The notes below the pieces were generated by a model. That model made no database searches. It saw only the letters and a program-made list of their open reading frames with translations, and was not told where the DNA came from. From the IMG/VR virus record IMGVR_UViG_3300013121_000029, positions 96,001-160,000 of that record: a stretch of 64,000 nt of DNA, one strand, 5' to 3'. This document shows, piece after piece, positions 61,581-64,000 of this stretch. The position numbers and the translations under genes were made by a program. The stretch's first letter is position 1, and each line of letters begins with the position of its first letter. This DNA comes from a virus (lineage: Duplodnaviria; Caudoviricetes).

Positions 61581-62974
61581 ACTGGTTCGATCCTACTAAA
61601 CATTTCTTCGATCTTCATATATCCTTCAACTTTGATCAACTTATCTAAATGATACGATGAAGGTCCGTAGGTTTTATTAACCAAATCCATATACATTGAA
61701 TACTTTCCTTCTTCAACATGGTACAACCATTCAGGAATAGAACTTGCTTTAAGTTGGTCTAGATATTTTGCAGCCAATGTTGTATCAATACTAATTCTTC
61801 CGAGCGATTTTGCTTGATGTTGTTCCTCAAGTACAGACAACCATTCGCTTTCATTAAACGTTTCCCAACGTTTGTTTACAACAATTTGTTTATATGCATC
61901 ACCACGACCTGTTGTTTTATATCCAAGTAATGTGACACGAACATTATGTTTATTACACCACGACAATAATTGTTGTAGTTGATACTTGTTAAAGATTGCA
62001 GGAATGATTTGAATAGTGAATTTCTTCAAATCATAACCACGATAGCTAAAAATATCATAAATTCGTTGTAGAATAGATTCTGAATTGGGACTAGCACTAT
62101 AAGCAAATGCCCCTGTACATGCAAGAATTCTCCTTGCACGTCGTTCGTCTTCTAGCCAGTCAGTACTTTTTGTGGTGAAGTTTGCTACTACACCATGATA
62201 TGCTAATGATTCACAAAAACTTTCAAATGATGGACATTGAGTTGGCTCACCACCACCAATTGCTACTTCGAATACGTTTGCTTCTCCAATAGGATATGCA
62301 GCAGTACATCTATCATCCATGTGCTTTCCTTGCGGAGTGCTTCCTTGATAACAATAAGCACATCCATGAGTACAATAATCAGTAATTTTCGCATCAATAA
62401 GCAAAGGAGTAGTTGGCTTATATGGTTGTGGGTTATCTTCAAAAGAAAAGATAACACGATTGCCGTTGGTTCTGTCGTACAATGTCCACCATTCGCCATC
62501 TTTACGACATACCATACGAGGTCCTTCAGAATACCAATTCCCGAACGACTTTACTTTTGATTCATCGTATAGATCATGTGTAGTGTCTTCGTTATCGTTT
62601 CCACCTAAAATAACGACACCATCTCTTAGAAGATATTGGCGAAAGTCGTTGAAAAAATCAATACTGATATTGGTAGTTCCGAAATCATATGGCAATGTAT
62701 ATTGTGATTGATGGTCTACATGTTCTTCTGTAGTTGGTAAGTCAAGACCTTTAAGAATTGCTCGAACTAACGGTTGTGAAAAACCTTGAAGATTTTGTTG
62801 GAGCGTAGCTGCCAAATATTCTTCTTTTGCTTCTTTAGATGCTAACGTGAAAAACGACCACCCAAAGTCATAATAATCATCAGTTGCTTTGGTAACTGGG
62901 TCAAAAATAATACTATGACTACTTGAACTGTTAGTTGCATGTCCTAGTCTAACATTATGAATTTTCATTAGCAC
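61577..62974 (-). CDS. radical SAM protein with an N-terminal ATNSSSSHS domain
   Basis: CTHGCAYCYQ, IGGGEPT. Confidence 0.9.
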   Translation of the reverse strand: MLMKIHNVRLGHATNSSSSHSIIFDPVTKATDDYYDFGWSFFTLASKEAKEEYLAATLQQNLQGFSQPLVRAILKGLDLPTTEEHVDHQSQYTLPYDFGTTNISIDFFNDFRQYLLRDGVVILGGNDNEDTTHDLYDESKVKSFGNWYSEGPRMVCRKDGEWWTLYDRTNGNRVIFSFEDNPQPYKPTTPLLIDAKITDYCTHGCAYCYQGSTPQGKHMDDRCTAAYPIGEANVFEVAIGGGEPTQCPSFESFCESLAYHGVVANFTTKSTDWLEDERRARRILACTGAFAYSASPNSESILQRIYDIFSYRGYDLKKFTIQIIPAIFNKYQLQQLLSWCNKHNVRVTLLGYKTTGRGDAYKQIVVNKRWETFNESEWLSVLEEQHQAKSLGRISIDTTLAAKYLDQLKASSIPEWLYHVEEGKYSMYMDLVNKTYGPSSYHLDKLIKVEGYMKIEEMFSRIEPV

Positions 62975-63336
62975 TCCGTAATAGCAATATCTGTAATTTC
63001 AATATATCCAGTGTCAACGCTCTCAAGAGTAATCCCACTTGACCCATCAAGATAAGGCCATCCTTCTTCTCCTGCCATGTGTTTGATCATTGATTTGGTA
63101 TCAAGATTATAGTAGGCATCGGTCACAGCAAGAATGCGACCAAGTTTGGCGAGGAAGCATTGAGTATAATCACCATCGAACAAGGCTAATTCTCGTTGCC
63201 ATCCGCTCCAGAACTCAACTGTTTCTTTAATAATTTCTTCAGTGGAATATTGGTCAGTAGTAATGTGATCGAAATCAATTTCGATCATGGCACTAAAATT
63301 AGTTTCAAAGTGCTCAAGAAGATATCGTTTTTTCAT
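62968..63336 (-). CDS. DUF2528-like hypothetical protein
   Basis: FWSG..EGWP.LDGSSGI.L. Confidence 0.55.
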   Translation of the reverse strand: MKKRYLLEHFETNFSAMIEIDFDHITTDQYSTEEIIKETVEFWSGWQRELALFDGDYTQCFLAKLGRILAVTDAYYNLDTKSMIKHMAGEEGWPYLDGSSGITLESVDTGYIEITDIAITEC

Positions 63337-63337
63337 T

Positions 63338-63814
63338 TTATTCTCCCTCCATAATCATATCAATGTAAGTTTTATTTTGTTCAGTATAACTTGGTCCTTC
63401 AAACTCTTCTGGATATACAATGATACCAATTCTTTGAGTGATTGATCCAATTCTATCAAAACTATTTTCAATGTAGAAAAGAAAAATAAATGGATATGAT
63501 TTTGGCTCCATTCCTTGAACAAAACAAAATTCTTTGGTATATGAACTCTGGTCTAATTGTTCACTTAAAATGTCATTATCGAACTCATCATTAAAGAGGT
63601 CAATAGGAGTATATCCTGGTTCACAACTATCAAATCCCCAATTAACAACATATTTTTGTTTTGTATCATCAGTGTAAGCACTAACGAACGCAATCCCGAA
63701 GAATCTTTCTAGTTCTTCGAGATTATCAAAACCAAAATCTCCACCAATTTCATCTACACAATCACTTACTAGTTTTTCAAAATCCGCACGAGATTTAATT
63801 AGAATTCTGTTCAT
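63338..63814 (-). CDS. hypothetical protein
   Basis: 158-aa acidic ORF. Confidence 0.6.
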   Translation of the reverse strand: MNRILIKSRADFEKLVSDCVDEIGGDFGFDNLEELERFFGIAFVSAYTDDTKQKYVVNWGFDSCEPGYTPIDLFNDEFDNDILSEQLDQSSYTKEFCFVQGMEPKSYPFIFLFYIENSFDRIGSITQRIGIIVYPEEFEGPSYTEQNKTYIDMIMEGE

Positions 63815-64000
63815 TTTCTATTATCCTGAATTACACGACCATATATTTCCTGTTGAATTTTACTTGGCGGTCGTTCAATTAAAAATCCAATTGGTAGTTG
63901 ATTGTCGATCAATCTAACAACATTAAGATTAACAAATTGTGTATATTCACGACCTTTTGTGTTAAGCAATGCTTGATGATATTGACGTAGTGTTTTTCCG

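Noticed and set aside
1-64000. Genome-wide stop-codon reassignment (code 15 or 4)
   Set aside because: Long genes are intact under code 11, TGA occurs in many ATGA overlaps, and several genes end plausibly in TAG.

Overview
AT-rich, gene-dense accessory and tRNA region of a large (probably jumbo) tailed dsDNA phage, almost entirely on the minus strand. No core capsid, replication, rRNA or CRISPR genes are visible. The window holds about 20 intact tRNA genes plus many atypical tRNA-like RNAs, an amber (CUA) suppressor tRNA and a damaged opal (UCA) tRNA. It also carries homing-type endonucleases, translation helpers (Pth2, Def), a NadE operon, a Ter/TelA stress cluster and dozens of small hypothetical genes. 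Two promoter classes are evident: sigma70-like TTG-N17-TATAAT and T4-late-like (A)TAAATA. Most notable: (1) a 2OG-Fe(II) oxygenase gene with a strong RBS and an in-frame TAG at codon 4, 1.9 kb from the amber suppressor tRNA, suggesting a suppressor-gated gene in an otherwise code-11 genome; (2) about 15 unrelated proteins sharing an MK(L/I)x(E/D)(L/I) leader like the T4 capsid-targeting sequence, mostly behind late promoters and including ADP-ribosyltransferase-, kinase-, GNAT- and ParB-like enzymes, suggesting an injected effector set; (3) a duplicated ~95-nt structured element bracketing one such gene; (4) a tRNA-Pro with a 43-nt hairpin insert in the anticodon loop; (5) clusters of unassigned structured and tRNA-like RNAs. 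All protein calls come from motif recognition by eye; no searches were run.
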